DNA from: Spirochaetota bacterium
GTDB taxonomy: Bacteria > Spirochaetota > UBA4802 > UBA5550
Assembly (NCBI GenBank): GCA_963664815.2
Contig: CAXXHB010000003.1
Location: 3,424,001 to 3,488,000 of the forward strand
Reading direction: 5' to 3'
Length of the DNA stretch: 64,000 nt
A program made the translations under genes and the position numbers. This document shows, in pieces, positions 29,279 through 40,116 of the stretch (positions are counted from its first letter, which is position 1; every line of letters begins with the position of its first letter). The notes under the pieces are model-generated. The model searched no databases. It saw only the letters and a program-made list of their open reading frames with translations, and had not been told where the DNA came from.

Positions 29279-30100
29279 ATGCCGCTATTTACAATAGACG
29301 CCGGTAAATGCAACAGGGATAAGCTCTGCGTACTGGAATGTCCCATGCAGATAATAAAGATGAAAAACGATACAGATGTTCCTGAACTCGCCGAGGGTGC
29401 AGAAAAGGCATGTATCAGCTGCGGACACTGCGTAGCAGTATGCCCCACAGGAGCATTCAGCCATTCAACGATGAAAGCAGAGGATTGTGAAGCAGTAAAT
29501 CCCGGCTGGAATCCCGGTGAAACAATAATTAAAAACTATATGAAAGCAAGAAGATCCATAAGAAAATATAAGAAAACCGAGGTTGAAAAAGAGAAACTGA
29601 CCTCTCTTCTGGAGATGGCTGCATATGCTCCATCAGGTCACAATTCACGTCCGGTAAACTGGACAGTAATTCAGGGCAGGGAAAAAGTAAAGGAGATAGC
29701 CCTGATCGTTATTGACTGGATGAAACAGATGAGAGCAGAAAATCCGGAGCAGGCTAAAATGTGGAGCCTTGACATGATAACTGATGCCTGGGATATGGGG
29801 ATGGATATCGTCACAAGGGACGCCCCGGCACTCATTCTGGTTCACGGGAAAAAGTCGGATCCGAATTCATCAACGGCATGTATAGTTGCTCTGTCTCATC
29901 TTGAACTGGCTGCTCCGTCTCTTGGTCTTGGATGCTGCTGGGCCGGATATATAACCTGGTGCGCTTCAATGTATAAACCACTCGCAGATAAACTTGAACT
30001 CCCGAAGGGCCATGCGCTTTTCGGAACAGTCTTTACCGGATACCCTCTGTTTAAATACCACAGGATACCGAAAAGAGAATCTGTAGTATTCTGGAAATAA
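29279..30100 (+). CDS. Nitroreductase with N-terminal ferredoxin domain
   Basis: CxxDxxCxxxCP and CxxCxxCxxxCP; RRSIRKY, APSGHN, LGLGCCWAG. Confidence 0.92.
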   Translation: MPLFTIDAGKCNRDKLCVLECPMQIIKMKNDTDVPELAEGAEKACISCGHCVAVCPTGAFSHSTMKAEDCEAVNPGWNPGETIIKNYMKARRSIRKYKKTEVEKEKLTSLLEMAAYAPSGHNSRPVNWTVIQGREKVKEIALIVIDWMKQMRAENPEQAKMWSLDMITDAWDMGMDIVTRDAPALILVHGKKSDPNSSTACIVALSHLELAAPSLGLGCCWAGYITWCASMYKPLADKLELPKGHALFGTVFTGYPLFKYHRIPKRESVVFWK

Positions 30101-30107
30101 TTTCTCC

Positions 30108-30132
30108 AACCTTCCCTGCTGCAGGGAAGGTT
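30108..30132. terminator. Hairpin between convergent genes
   Basis: Perfect inverted repeat AACCTTCCCTGC-t-GCAGGGAAGGTT. Confidence 0.65.
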
Positions 30133-30137
30133 ACTCC

Positions 30138-31334
30138 TCAGTCTGTTATCTTGCCCTCCTGCTTTTCATTATCCCAGAACGGTGATATTTTAAGCAGGGT
30201 ATCTATTACACCCGGAAGTACTTTCAGAGTGTAATCAATCTCTTCCTCGGTTGTATACCGGCTCAAACTGAACCTTATCGATCCGTGTATTTTAGAAAAA
30301 GGGAGATTCATTCCGCGAAGTACATGGGATGGCTCCAGCGAACCGCTTGAGCATGCGGACCCTGTTGAGATATAAACTCCCTCCCTGTCAAGATAAAGAA
30401 GAATGGATTCCCCTTCAATAAACTCAAATGATATATTAAGAGTATTCGGTGTCCGCGGAGCTTTAAGGCCGTTCACCGTTGATGTTTTTACAGTTTTAAG
30501 AATATTTTCCTGCAGCTTATCCCTGAGCCTTGCCACAGAGGGCATATCCTTCAGATGTTCGAGCGCCATCTCGGCGGCTTTTCCCATCCCTACAATTCCC
30601 GGTATATTTTCTGTCCCCGGGCGTCTCCCCTTCTCCTGGTGCCCCCCGAAAATCATCGGTCTCATCCTTGAGCCTTTCTTCACATAAAGCGCTCCGATAC
30701 CCTTCGGGCCGTGGAATTTATGTGCGGAGATTGAATAGAGGTCACAGTTGAGTTTCATCACATCCACCGGAATTTTTCCCGCCGCCTGCACCCCGTCTAT
30801 ATGGAAAATTACACCCTTCCCTTTCAGGAACGCCCCGATCTCCTCAACCGGCATAATAACGCCGGTTTCATTGTTCGCATGCATTATTGACACAATTGCG
30901 GTCTCTTCTGTCACGGAATTCTTTAAATACTGAAGATCCAGAATTCCGTCACGGTTTACCGGGACATAAGTTACTTTATATCCCTCCTTCTCAAGCTGTT
31001 TGCAGAGATTCAGCACAGCGGGGTGTTCCACGGTAGATGTTATTACATGTTTTTTATCACGATAATATGATGTTATCCCGCGTATTGCCAGATTGTCGCT
31101 TTCAGTGGCGCTCCCGGTAAAAGTAATCTCAAAATCATTCTCGGCGCCGAGAAGCTGTGCAACCTGATGCCGTGCATTCTCCATATCCTTTGCCACAAGT
31201 CCGCCAAAAGTATGCATGCTCGATGCATTGCCATAGCTGTTTTTATAAAAAGGGAGCATGGCTTCAAGAACTTCAGGCGCAACCATTGTTGTGGCGTTAT
31301 TATCAAGATAGACATCTCTTCCCATATATTTCAC
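30138..31334 (-). CDS. nifS: Cysteine desulfurase NifS
   Basis: YLDNNATT, VEHPAV, ANNETG, SAHKFHGPKG, STGSACSS. Confidence 0.93.
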   Translation of the reverse strand: MKYMGRDVYLDNNATTMVAPEVLEAMLPFYKNSYGNASSMHTFGGLVAKDMENARHQVAQLLGAENDFEITFTGSATESDNLAIRGITSYYRDKKHVITSTVEHPAVLNLCKQLEKEGYKVTYVPVNRDGILDLQYLKNSVTEETAIVSIMHANNETGVIMPVEEIGAFLKGKGVIFHIDGVQAAGKIPVDVMKLNCDLYSISAHKFHGPKGIGALYVKKGSRMRPMIFGGHQEKGRRPGTENIPGIVGMGKAAEMALEHLKDMPSVARLRDKLQENILKTVKTSTVNGLKAPRTPNTLNISFEFIEGESILLYLDREGVYISTGSACSSGSLEPSHVLRGMNLPFSKIHGSIRFSLSRYTTEEEIDYTLKVLPGVIDTLLKISPFWDNEKQEGKITD

Positions 31335-32171
31335 CTACACATGTTTAATAACTATATTTTTTGACACTGTCTTGCGCAGTTCTTCCTGTACAAAATTTTC
31401 AAGAGTCATTGATGCGGTCATGCAGTGAGAACATGCCCCCATAAGGCGCACAGAGACCTCATCGCCATTGATATCAACAAGTTCAATATCTCCTCCATCA
31501 CGCTTGAGTCCCGGCCTGATGACATTATTGATTGCGTCTTCGATTTTTTTTATCTTCTGAAGATTGGTCAGAGGCTCGCTGCAGCATCTGTCGGATTTTG
31601 TACTACACCTTCCCTTCTCCTCTTCTATTATATCCTCTATTTTAGGAATACATGTGCCGCAGACAGAGCCTGCACCCAGGAGTTCCATGATATCATCAAC
31701 ATTCATCAGCCCCTTTTCATGCACAGCTTCACGTATTTCAACATCGGTAATGTTCATGCAGTGACAAATTATCTCGCCGGATGGTTCATCCTCTACCGGA
31801 GGCTTTTCACCCCTGTAGTCAGCTATTGCATTGGTAAGAGCCTCGGATCCCATAACAGAACAGTGAATTTTCTGATCAGGGAGCCCTCCGAGATAATCGA
31901 CTATATCCCTGTTTGTTATACTCTCAGCCTCTTCAATAGTTTTCCCTTTGATCATTTCGGTAAGCGCAGAAGAAGACGCTATAGCACTTCCGCATCCAAA
32001 AGTCTCAAAAGTCGCATCTGTAATTACTCCATCAGCAACCTTTATATAAAGTGTAAGAGCATCACCGCATACGACACTCCCGACATGGCCAACACCATCA
32101 GCATCCTCTATCTTTCCTACATTCTTAGGATTTGTATATAACTCTTTTACTTTTTCGGTATATTCCCACAT
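31335..32171 (-). CDS. nifU: Fe-S scaffold NifU (IscU + BFD-like + NifU-C domains)
   Basis: MWEYTEKV, CGD, FGCGSA, KIHCS, CHC...CGTC, DGGDIEL...GACSHC; start moved to 32171. Confidence 0.93.
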   Translation of the reverse strand: MWEYTEKVKELYTNPKNVGKIEDADGVGHVGSVVCGDALTLYIKVADGVITDATFETFGCGSAIASSSALTEMIKGKTIEEAESITNRDIVDYLGGLPDQKIHCSVMGSEALTNAIADYRGEKPPVEDEPSGEIICHCMNITDVEIREAVHEKGLMNVDDIMELLGAGSVCGTCIPKIEDIIEEEKGRCSTKSDRCCSEPLTNLQKIKKIEDAINNVIRPGLKRDGGDIELVDINGDEVSVRLMGACSHCMTASMTLENFVQEELRKTVSKNIVIKHV

Positions 32172-32454
32172 ATGCCTGCCTCTGATATAATATATCTGCC
32201 TCTCCAATACAACTGGCAGAAACAAAGATTAAGAATTTCCTCAAATACTCAAATGAATTAAATATTAGTCAAGGAATTTCTTTAATAGTTACATTATTTT
32301 ATTTTATCAGGTATCATCCCGATAATTTACAAATCTGTGATTAATTAACATGCAGCACTTAAATTAATCGTAACCGGCATGAAACAACAAATTGCTTCTT
32401 TCACGACTTTCTGCTATAAATCAGCAGAGAGCAGACCTCATATCTGTTAAAGTT

Positions 32455-33183
32455 CTATTTCATAAATGCAAAATTAAGATTTCTCCCTTTATCACCATAT
32501 CTGTGTGAAAAAAAATCTGAATAATTTATTCTGTTACAGATATGTGAATTAAAAATATTCTCCATCTTAAGTCCCGCTTTTTTCAACGAACCTTCGACAG
32601 CACCCCAGAGATCTACATATTTTTTTTCATTTTCAGTTATTGTATTATCAGGAAAATGACGGGCAACATCCTCATTTACCTCATAAGATACCGCACTTAT
32701 CGAAGGAAGAATAAAAGCCTTTATATCACCGGGGGATGAGCCGTACAGGCAGCACATGTCACTTACACATCTGCCGGAAATATCAAGCATAGTCCCCTTC
32801 CACCCTGAATGTACAGCTCCGAGAATTTTTTTTTCCGTGTCATATAAAAACACGGGTACACAATCCGCAGTCCTGATAACGAGCATTATGCCTTTAAGAG
32901 ATGTGATAAGACCATCCGCTTCTCCTACAGCGGGCAGGTCTGAAGAGGGTTCTTTAATAATATGAATGAGCATATCGCCATGAACCTGATTGAGCATTAT
33001 AATATTACTCTTCCCGATTCCTGCAATACTTCCCAGTATCTCTTTTTCTTCCGATCTTACTTCATTATCAGGTTTATTATAGTCGATGTTATTACTGTTT
33101 CTTCCGGCAATACCTGAACAAAGATCAGCGATGCCGGAATCGATTTTAAAGTATCCCGCCTCATATGTGAGTTTTAAGTTCAT
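32455..33183 (-). CDS. pgeF: YfiH/PgeF laccase-domain protein
   Basis: QVHG, ADGL, TADCVPV, HSGWKG, FFSHR. Confidence 0.88.
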   Translation of the reverse strand: MNLKLTYEAGYFKIDSGIADLCSGIAGRNSNNIDYNKPDNEVRSEEKEILGSIAGIGKSNIIMLNQVHGDMLIHIIKEPSSDLPAVGEADGLITSLKGIMLVIRTADCVPVFLYDTEKKILGAVHSGWKGTMLDISGRCVSDMCCLYGSSPGDIKAFILPSISAVSYEVNEDVARHFPDNTITENEKKYVDLWGAVEGSLKKAGLKMENIFNSHICNRINYSDFFSHRYGDKGRNLNFAFMK

Positions 33184-33297
33184 AATTTCAAATGATAAGA
33201 AGATATTTTTTTAGCAAGAATTATTTATCTGCTGCAAAGATAAATTATTGAGGACCTGTACAGAAAGTCGGGCAATCAACAGATATTCAGTTTAAAA

Positions 33298-34899
33298 TTA
33301 CGGTGTGACTTTCTTTAATATTCTGCCGACAATAATTCTGCTCTCTTCAACCTGCAGCATATATGTAAGAAAAAAATAAATAATTCCGTAAACTGATAAT
33401 ATGATAACTGCGCTTATTATCGTGTGAACGCTCTCTGAAAAGAAGACATACTTGATTACAAAACCTGCAAGTGAGGCGATCAATGCACATGGCCATAGTT
33501 TCATCTGGTAAACGGAAGATAAACCCGTTTCACCGATTTTACGGTTGAGCCCGCGGCGCAGCAGATAAAACTCGCACCATCCTGCAATACCGGCAGAGGC
33601 AGTCAGACCGGCAGTCCCCCACCTGGCATTTATCCCTATAAGCCCAGGAACAATAAACGCACAGATATACCCCAGCAATGTAGTTAAAAAAACTCTTGCC
33701 AATGCAAATTTTAAAGGAGTCCTTGTATCTTTAAGAGAATAGAACGCCGAAGAGTAAAGGCGGCCGAGAGTTGTGGCAAGCAGCCCCACCGTTGAGCCTG
33801 CCAATATACCCCACACGTAAATTGTGGTATTACGATCGAACTCCCCTGTCTGAAAAATTGCCCCGACAATCACATCCCCGAGAATTAAAAAACCTGACAC
33901 GGAGGGGATAATAAAGAATGCTATCTGTTTAAGCCCCCTGTTTAATCTCATTTTCAGATAATTTGAAATTTCAAGGTCACTTCCTCTTGCTTCACTCATC
34001 GCCGGGAGTTCAGAGACAGACACACTCATTCCGAAAAGGCTGACAGGAAGAAGATAAAGCGTCTGAGCGTAGGCCAGAGATGAAACAGCACCTGCAGGAA
34101 GTAACGAAGCGAGAAGGTTATCGATATAAGCGCTCACCTGCACCACTCCGCGGGAAATAACCACAGGGAAAAAATTTCTGACAACAGTTCTGACATTGTG
34201 ATCAAATTTAAGAATTGCAGGTTTAAAATTATGAATCAGCCTTAATGCCGGAGGAAGCTGCACAAAAAACTGCAGAAAACTTCCCGCCACAAGTCCCCAA
34301 GCTGCAATCTCAGCCAGGTTATACTGTGTATTACTCCGTCCGAAAAACAACAGGGTGAAAATAATCGCGAAGTTCCATATAACCGGCGCAGTATATGATA
34401 AAAGAAATTTTCTGTGGCTGTTGAGGATCCCCAGGCACCATGCTGACATAACCAGTATTCCTATCCCCGGGAAAAATATCTGAACCAGTTTAATTGTCAG
34501 CTCTCTTTTTTCTCCGCTGAAGCCGGGAGCAATTAAATCGATAAGCACGGGTGTTGACAGTACACCAGCCAGAACAAGAAGAGATGTGCAGAGACAGAGA
34601 AGGGTTGCTACTGTGGATGCAAGCTCTGAAGCCTCTTTTTTTTTACCTTCCGAATTTAATCTGGCATACACCGGTATAAGAGAAGCGGAGAGAACGCCCT
34701 CTCCAAACAAATTCTGAAGAAAATTCGGAATCTTGAGCGCGGCTTTGAAAGCATCACCTGCATCGGAACTTCCGAAATAATGGGCAAAAGCCCTCTCCCT
34801 GATCAGTCCGGCAATACGACTTAAAAAAATCCCGAATGCGACTATATAAGCTCCGCTTCTTACCGGAGTTGATTTTTTCCCTGTCTCAGCTTCCGCCAT
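33298..34899 (-). CDS. murJ: Lipid II flippase
   Basis: SRIAGLIRE, DAF..A.KIPN..QNLFGEG, FYSLKDTRTP. Confidence 0.93.
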   Translation of the reverse strand: MAEAETGKKSTPVRSGAYIVAFGIFLSRIAGLIRERAFAHYFGSSDAGDAFKAALKIPNFLQNLFGEGVLSASLIPVYARLNSEGKKKEASELASTVATLLCLCTSLLVLAGVLSTPVLIDLIAPGFSGEKRELTIKLVQIFFPGIGILVMSAWCLGILNSHRKFLLSYTAPVIWNFAIIFTLLFFGRSNTQYNLAEIAAWGLVAGSFLQFFVQLPPALRLIHNFKPAILKFDHNVRTVVRNFFPVVISRGVVQVSAYIDNLLASLLPAGAVSSLAYAQTLYLLPVSLFGMSVSVSELPAMSEARGSDLEISNYLKMRLNRGLKQIAFFIIPSVSGFLILGDVIVGAIFQTGEFDRNTTIYVWGILAGSTVGLLATTLGRLYSSAFYSLKDTRTPLKFALARVFLTTLLGYICAFIVPGLIGINARWGTAGLTASAGIAGWCEFYLLRRGLNRKIGETGLSSVYQMKLWPCALIASLAGFVIKYVFFSESVHTIISAVIILSVYGIIYFFLTYMLQVEESRIIVGRILKKVTP

Positions 34900-34927
34900 T
34901 ACATATCCATAACCGGATTTCTAAATA

Positions 34928-35776
34928 TCATCTGTAGGATATTCTCTTCAGATTACTTCTGACCACTATTTTTGAGATGATAATTGAAATTTCATAAATA
35001 ATCATCAGTGGAACACCAACCATCGCCTGTGACAGGGGATCCGGCTGGGGTGTAATAACTGCAGCAATAATCCATATTATCACAATCGCATATTTTCTTT
35101 TTCCGCTAAGCATCGCAGGTGTGACAATTCCCATTCTGGTAAGAACAAGTATAATTATCGGGACTTCAAAAAGCACACCCATTGAAAGACTGAAAAAAAG
35201 TATAAACCCGAGATAGTTGTCAGCACCTATTGTACTGAGCATATCATTACCCACAAAACTGAGCATAACCTTTATTGCCGCAGGGAGCAGTAAAAAAAAG
35301 ACAAAGGCTATTCCGGAATAAAAAAGAATCACAGCCACTATGATTGTAATTCTTGAAAACATCCGGTTACTCTTATTTAAAGACGGAACAATAATACTCC
35401 ATATCTGATATATGATAAACGGAGCGAGGATAAAAAGCGCCGCTGCTACAGAAACTTTAAACCTCAGCATAAATCCGCCCATGAGAGTAAAAATATTCAG
35501 CCTGTTTCCTGTTTCTATGAAAGGCTTGTTTATAAAATAAAGCAGGATATCCGAGTAATAAAAAGCGACAGGGGTTATGATTATTAATAGCGCAAGAGTA
35601 ACCAGCAGCTTTGATCTGAACCTGTCAAGTAAGCCTATCATATCGAAAGAGCTTTTCTCATCATTGCCTTCAGATACAGGTTCAACTGATTCGGGAAGTT
35701 TTTCGGCTTCAAATTTTTTTATATCATTTTTCTTTGCTGGTGTTCCGGTTTTTTTTCCTTTTTTTTCCAATTTCAA
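34928..35776 (-). CDS. tatC: Twin-arginine translocase subunit C
   Basis: PFIIYQIW, FEVP, RKYAI, AAVITPQPDPLSQ, YEISI. Confidence 0.92.
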   Translation of the reverse strand: MKLEKKGKKTGTPAKKNDIKKFEAEKLPESVEPVSEGNDEKSSFDMIGLLDRFRSKLLVTLALLIIITPVAFYYSDILLYFINKPFIETGNRLNIFTLMGGFMLRFKVSVAAALFILAPFIIYQIWSIIVPSLNKSNRMFSRITIIVAVILFYSGIAFVFFLLLPAAIKVMLSFVGNDMLSTIGADNYLGFILFFSLSMGVLFEVPIIILVLTRMGIVTPAMLSGKRKYAIVIIWIIAAVITPQPDPLSQAMVGVPLMIIYEISIIISKIVVRSNLKRISYR

Positions 35777-35885
35777 TTACCCGCCGCGGATCAGTTATTA
35801 TATAGACTTGTCTTGTCTTAATTATTTATAAATTCGAATTGTTATTATCAATATGACAGATACTGTCAAGATAAAACTGTTTTTA

Positions 35886-36500
35886 TTATTCAACCATATC
35901 TCTGTTCAGAAGAGTAATGAACAGCTTGGCAAGGCGTTTCATATGTGCAACTCCCTCCTCTCTTGTCCTGCCGGGATATTTACCATATGTGAATACAATT
36001 CCGTTTAAAACAGAAAAAATCAGGTGAGTTACAGGTCTTATATCCTTCAGATTTGTCTCCTTTGCCAGTATCTTATCAAAGATTGTGAAAAGTTCCCGTG
36101 ATATATCCTTCAACTGTTCAATTGATTCCTGCGTCTTGAATTTTCCATCCATAACACAATGCTGAACAATACGCATATAATCATAATTATCTATCATCTC
36201 TTCCATGTATCTTTCGGCAACTTTATCGAGCGAATCATTCCCGGAATCAAGCATGTCTCTCATAATATCCACAGCCCGCTGAAAGCCGCGGAGAGAAACC
36301 TCAACATAAAGAGTCTCCTTGTCCGGAAAGTAAGTATAAATTGAACCGGGTGAGATCCCGACCTCTTTTGCGAGATCTCTCATATTAACATCATCAAAAG
36401 GCTTTGCTGAAAAAATTTTTTCCGCTACATCAAGAATAAGGTTTTTCCTCTGTTCTTTTTCATGTTCTTTGAGATCAGTGAACTTTTTTGATTCGATCAT
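35886..36500 (-). CDS. TetR/AcrR-family regulator
   Basis: ILDVA..IF, MRDLAKEVGISPGSIYTYFPDKETL. Confidence 0.93.
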   Translation of the reverse strand: MIESKKFTDLKEHEKEQRKNLILDVAEKIFSAKPFDDVNMRDLAKEVGISPGSIYTYFPDKETLYVEVSLRGFQRAVDIMRDMLDSGNDSLDKVAERYMEEMIDNYDYMRIVQHCVMDGKFKTQESIEQLKDISRELFTIFDKILAKETNLKDIRPVTHLIFSVLNGIVFTYGKYPGRTREEGVAHMKRLAKLFITLLNRDMVE

Positions 36501-36678
36501 AACTATCCTTGCCGGAATTTATATATACGCTGATAAATAATACTCTTCTAAGTTAAAAGGCTTGAAACCGAAATATATGATACTCAGACCCTTATTTCTA
36601 TTTTAAATTAACCTTTCTATGTAAAATATGGCAAGAGAAAATTTTTTATTAAATTTGATTTATCTATTTAAATATTAT

Positions 36679-36738
36679 TTGACTATTTAAACTATATTTA
36701 TTACATTAAACACTGTTCAGTTAATAACACAATGTTTA
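36679..36738 (+). promoter_or_regulatory. sigma70 promoter of the MBL hydrolase with candidate TetR operators
   Basis: TTGACT-17-TACATT, then TAAACA-c-TGTTCA (36707-36719) and AACACA-a-TGTTTA (36726-36738). Confidence 0.55.
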
Positions 36739-36750
36739 AAGAGGTAACAG

Positions 36751-37536
36751 GTGAAAATCCATACAATTAAGGGTTATATAAATAATCTCTTCCTTGCAGA
36801 GTATGATCACGGGATTCTCCTTCTTGATGGCGCTTCTCCCGCCGATTTCCCGGTTATTGAAAAATTCTGTACCGGAAACCTGAAACGACCTGTTTCTGAT
36901 ATTAAACTTGCCGTTGTCACACATATGCATCCCGATCACTCCGGAGCAGCGCCTCTTTTAAGAAAAAAATACGGAACAAAAATAGCAGCATATAAGAATA
37001 TTGACGGCTGGTACCGCGGACCCTCCGGATGGCTTCAGCATATACTCGATTGTCTTATGGCTCAGCTTGTTGCAATCAGACAGCATACCAGGATTCATAA
37101 AATTTTCAGCAAAAGAATAACAAAACCAGACTATCTTCTAAACCATGGGGAACGGCTCCCCGGGTTTTCCGATTGGCATATCATATATACTCCGGGACAT
37201 ACAATTCACGATATTGCATTGTTTCACGGCAGGAACAAAATACTCTACTGCGGAGACAGTATTATTGAAGTTAAAGGGCGGTATTATCTTCCGCTGCCGG
37301 TTATATTTAAAAACAGGATGCGGCATTCATATAAAGAGATGGCTTCACTTGGAGCAACTACAATTCTTATACCTCACGGAAACGCCATCTACACGGATAA
37401 CAGCCGGGAGATTTTCAGAAAGATGATATCCCTCCTGGATGAGCCACCGAATAAACTCAGACGCCGCATACACCGGTTATCGGTCTGGTCGCCCGATATC
37501 TGGAAGCCGACAATCCGGAAGCTTCTTTTCGGCTAG
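36751..37536 (+). CDS. MBL-fold metallo-hydrolase
   Basis: LLDG, THMHPDHSG, TPGHT, GDS, PHG. Confidence 0.92.
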   Translation: MKIHTIKGYINNLFLAEYDHGILLLDGASPADFPVIEKFCTGNLKRPVSDIKLAVVTHMHPDHSGAAPLLRKKYGTKIAAYKNIDGWYRGPSGWLQHILDCLMAQLVAIRQHTRIHKIFSKRITKPDYLLNHGERLPGFSDWHIIYTPGHTIHDIALFHGRNKILYCGDSIIEVKGRYYLPLPVIFKNRMRHSYKEMASLGATTILIPHGNAIYTDNSREIFRKMISLLDEPPNKLRRRIHRLSVWSPDIWKPTIRKLLFG

Positions 37537-37541
37537 AGCAA

Positions 37542-38330
37542 CTACAATAAAAGCTCATGCCTTTTTCTCTTCGTGAAACCGGAGACCTTCCTGTAGCCTG
37601 CACTTTTCAGTATCTCCACAGCCTGAGGATACCCGCTGCATACATCATCAGGGGAATGCGAATCGGAACCAAGCGTCACCGGAACATTTTCCTGGAACAG
37701 AATTTTTATAATCTCATCCGACGGATAAATCTCATGAACCGGTTTTCTTAAACCGGAGGTATTGATCTCTACAGTGATCCCCTTCGCAGATATTTTTTTT
37801 GCAATTTTCCTTACCACCGGCATCATATCAGCTTCAGCTCTGTGCCCGAATTTTTTTACAAGATCAAAATGCCCCACTATATCACAGAAGCCTGATTCGG
37901 CAAGTCTCTCAAGAATAGAATAGTATTCCCTGTAAATGTCATCTATATTCATTTCCTCAAACCGGGAGACTTCATCCGGGTTGTCAACCCCCCAGTCACC
38001 AAGATAGTGAACTGATCCTATAATATAATCAACATCAGAATTTGTAAGATACTCCCTCTCAAATGTGCTGAAAAACGGGAAATCTATTTCAAAACCGAGT
38101 TTAACATCAATCTTGTTTTTGTGCTTTTCTTTCATTCCGAGGATTGAGCTGATGTATCCGGGAACATCTTCGGGAGACATGGATATCCCCTCCCTGATAT
38201 GCAGCGGTACAGGAGCATGATCGGAAAAACCGAACTCCTTCATGCCGTTTTCGATTGCCTTTGCAATATACTCATCCATCTCCCCCGAAGCGTGCCCGCA
38301 GAGGATTGTATGATTATGATAGTTAACCAT
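37542..38330 (-). CDS. Histidinol-phosphatase, PHP (HisJ/HisK) family
   Basis: NYHNHT.LCGHA, GFSDH, GFEID, GSVH, HFDLVKK, EINTSG, GSDSH. Confidence 0.9.
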   Translation of the reverse strand: MVNYHNHTILCGHASGEMDEYIAKAIENGMKEFGFSDHAPVPLHIREGISMSPEDVPGYISSILGMKEKHKNKIDVKLGFEIDFPFFSTFEREYLTNSDVDYIIGSVHYLGDWGVDNPDEVSRFEEMNIDDIYREYYSILERLAESGFCDIVGHFDLVKKFGHRAEADMMPVVRKIAKKISAKGITVEINTSGLRKPVHEIYPSDEIIKILFQENVPVTLGSDSHSPDDVCSGYPQAVEILKSAGYRKVSGFTKRKRHELLL

Positions 38331-38335
38331 CTAGA

Positions 38336-38995
38336 TCAGTAACCATGCCTGTAGTAAAAAAGTGAAATGTCATTAAGAGAGCTGTACGTTTTGGAATCAA
38401 CTTTATCAGCTTTTATAAAAAATCTTTCCATATCACAATTGCCGTCAGGCGTTATTACAGATAAAATATTCCACAAATATGGTATTTTACCACCCGGCTT
38501 GCCGCTTCGGTCAATGGAATCCTCTATAACCTTGGTATCCATGATATTCTCAAGACTGACAGATATAAACCTCTCATTATCATCCGCTGCCTCTGTTGCC
38601 CCGGATGGATGTGTCAGATAGAGTACAAGAACATGCTTTTTCTTAAGATAAATTGCAGCAAGTTCAATATTACCCGCTTCAAAATATCTCGGCCTTATTA
38701 CTATTTTACCCAGTTTTGAAAAATCACCCTTATAAGGGTAAAAAGATAAAAGAAACCTGATCCTGTCGGGGGTAAGGAGAAGAGACTGATTTCCCGGATA
38801 ACCTGTTCCGGGGTATATTATTTCAATTATTGAATCGTTATTCTTATACCTGTCACAAAGATATAAACTGCCGGTTTTACCGGAAATAAGGGTATCGATA
38901 TCAGAAGCAATTTCATCATCAATGTCCGAGATAGTGTAATCAATGTTCTGCCCGTTCCCGGCGATGCAGTTATAATATTCCCTGATATCAAACAT
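38336..38995 (-). CDS. Hypothetical protein
   Basis: 219-aa ORF with GAAAGGA RBS, 5 nt upstream of the PHP gene; no motif recognised. Confidence 0.75.
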   Translation of the reverse strand: MFDIREYYNCIAGNGQNIDYTISDIDDEIASDIDTLISGKTGSLYLCDRYKNNDSIIEIIYPGTGYPGNQSLLLTPDRIRFLLSFYPYKGDFSKLGKIVIRPRYFEAGNIELAAIYLKKKHVLVLYLTHPSGATEAADDNERFISVSLENIMDTKVIEDSIDRSGKPGGKIPYLWNILSVITPDGNCDMERFFIKADKVDSKTYSSLNDISLFYYRHGY

Positions 38996-39153
38996 CCGGT
39001 TTTCCTTTCATTTCCATATTTTAAAAATGTTATTTACCTTAATTTATCATAAACAGTAAAGAGTCTATCATTTTTTTAAATAAGCAGGGATCGGATACCG
39101 GCATAATATAGTTATCTGCTGTAATATCCGATGCTCTGCATTTGTTCTGTCTG

Positions 39154-40116
39154 TCAGGCTTTTCCGGCCGAACCGAGAACATTAATATTTTTATGCATAT
39201 AGAGTTCTTTCAGGGCATCCCTTGCCGGCCCCAGATACTTTCTCGGATCGAACTCTCCCGGATTCTCTTTTAAAACCTTTCTTATAGCGGCTGTCATTGC
39301 CAGCCTTCCGTCAGAATCTATATTTATTTTGCAGACTGCCGATTTTGCAGCCTCGCGAAGCTGGCTCTCCGGTATTCCTATTGCATCCTCCATCTTCCCG
39401 CCGCAGGCGTTGATCAGCTCCACCAGGTCATGGGGAACCGAGGATGATCCGTGCAGAACAATAGGGAAGCCCGGTATTTTTTTCTCTATTTCATGTAATA
39501 TGTCCAATCGTATTTTCGGGTTTGTTCCCGGCTTGAACTTGTATGCGCCATGCGATGTCCCTATGGCAATTGCCAGTGAGTCGACACCGGTTTTGGAAAC
39601 AAAATCCTCTACCTCTTCCGGCCGTGTAAAGACATGTTCAGCGGCATGAACATCATCCTCAACCCCTGCAAGAACCCCAAGCTCACCCTCAACGGTAACA
39701 TCATTTTTATGAGCGTAAGCCACTACCTTTTTTGTAAGCCTGACATTCTCAGCATATGTAAGATGAGACCCGTCAATCATAACTGACGAGAACCCGGTGT
39801 CGATACAACTCTTGCACAGCTCATATGAATCACCATGATCAAGATGAAGAACAATCGGAATCTTTTTACCGAGATCCTTTGAGTACTGAACCGCACCCTC
39901 CGCCATGTATCTCAGCAGAGTCTGGTTGGCATATTTCCTCGCTCCTGCCGACACCTGGAGTATTACAGGGGAACTGGTCTCCACACATGCCATAATTATT
40001 GACTGAAGCTGCTCCATGTTGTTGAAATTATACGCAGGTATGGCATACCCCCCCTTTACAGCTTTCTTAAAAAGATTTCGTGTATTGACAAGACCTAATT
40101 CTTTATAACTGACCAT
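39154..40116 (-). CDS. fba: Fructose-1,6-bisphosphate aldolase class II
   Basis: LHLDHG, SVMIDGS, EGELG, GTSHG, VLHGSS, KINIDSD; start moved to ATG 40116 (GAGGTGA RBS). Confidence 0.95.
   Translation of the reverse strand: MVSYKELGLVNTRNLFKKAVKGGYAIPAYNFNNMEQLQSIIMACVETSSPVILQVSAGARKYANQTLLRYMAEGAVQYSKDLGKKIPIVLHLDHGDSYELCKSCIDTGFSSVMIDGSHLTYAENVRLTKKVVAYAHKNDVTVEGELGVLAGVEDDVHAAEHVFTRPEEVEDFVSKTGVDSLAIAIGTSHGAYKFKPGTNPKIRLDILHEIEKKIPGFPIVLHGSSSVPHDLVELINACGGKMEDAIGIPESQLREAAKSAVCKINIDSDGRLAMTAAIRKVLKENPGEFDPRKYLGPARDALKELYMHKNINVLGSAGKA

Noticed and set aside
31425-32141. Long antisense ORFs (also 26874-27488, 10135-10596 and many shorter ones)
   Set aside because: Shadows of well-supported genes on the opposite strand; no motifs or RBS
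30138-32171. nifU/nifS as evidence of nitrogen fixation
   Set aside because: No nifHDK in the window; stand-alone NIF is a known housekeeping Fe-S system in anaerobes and microaerophiles
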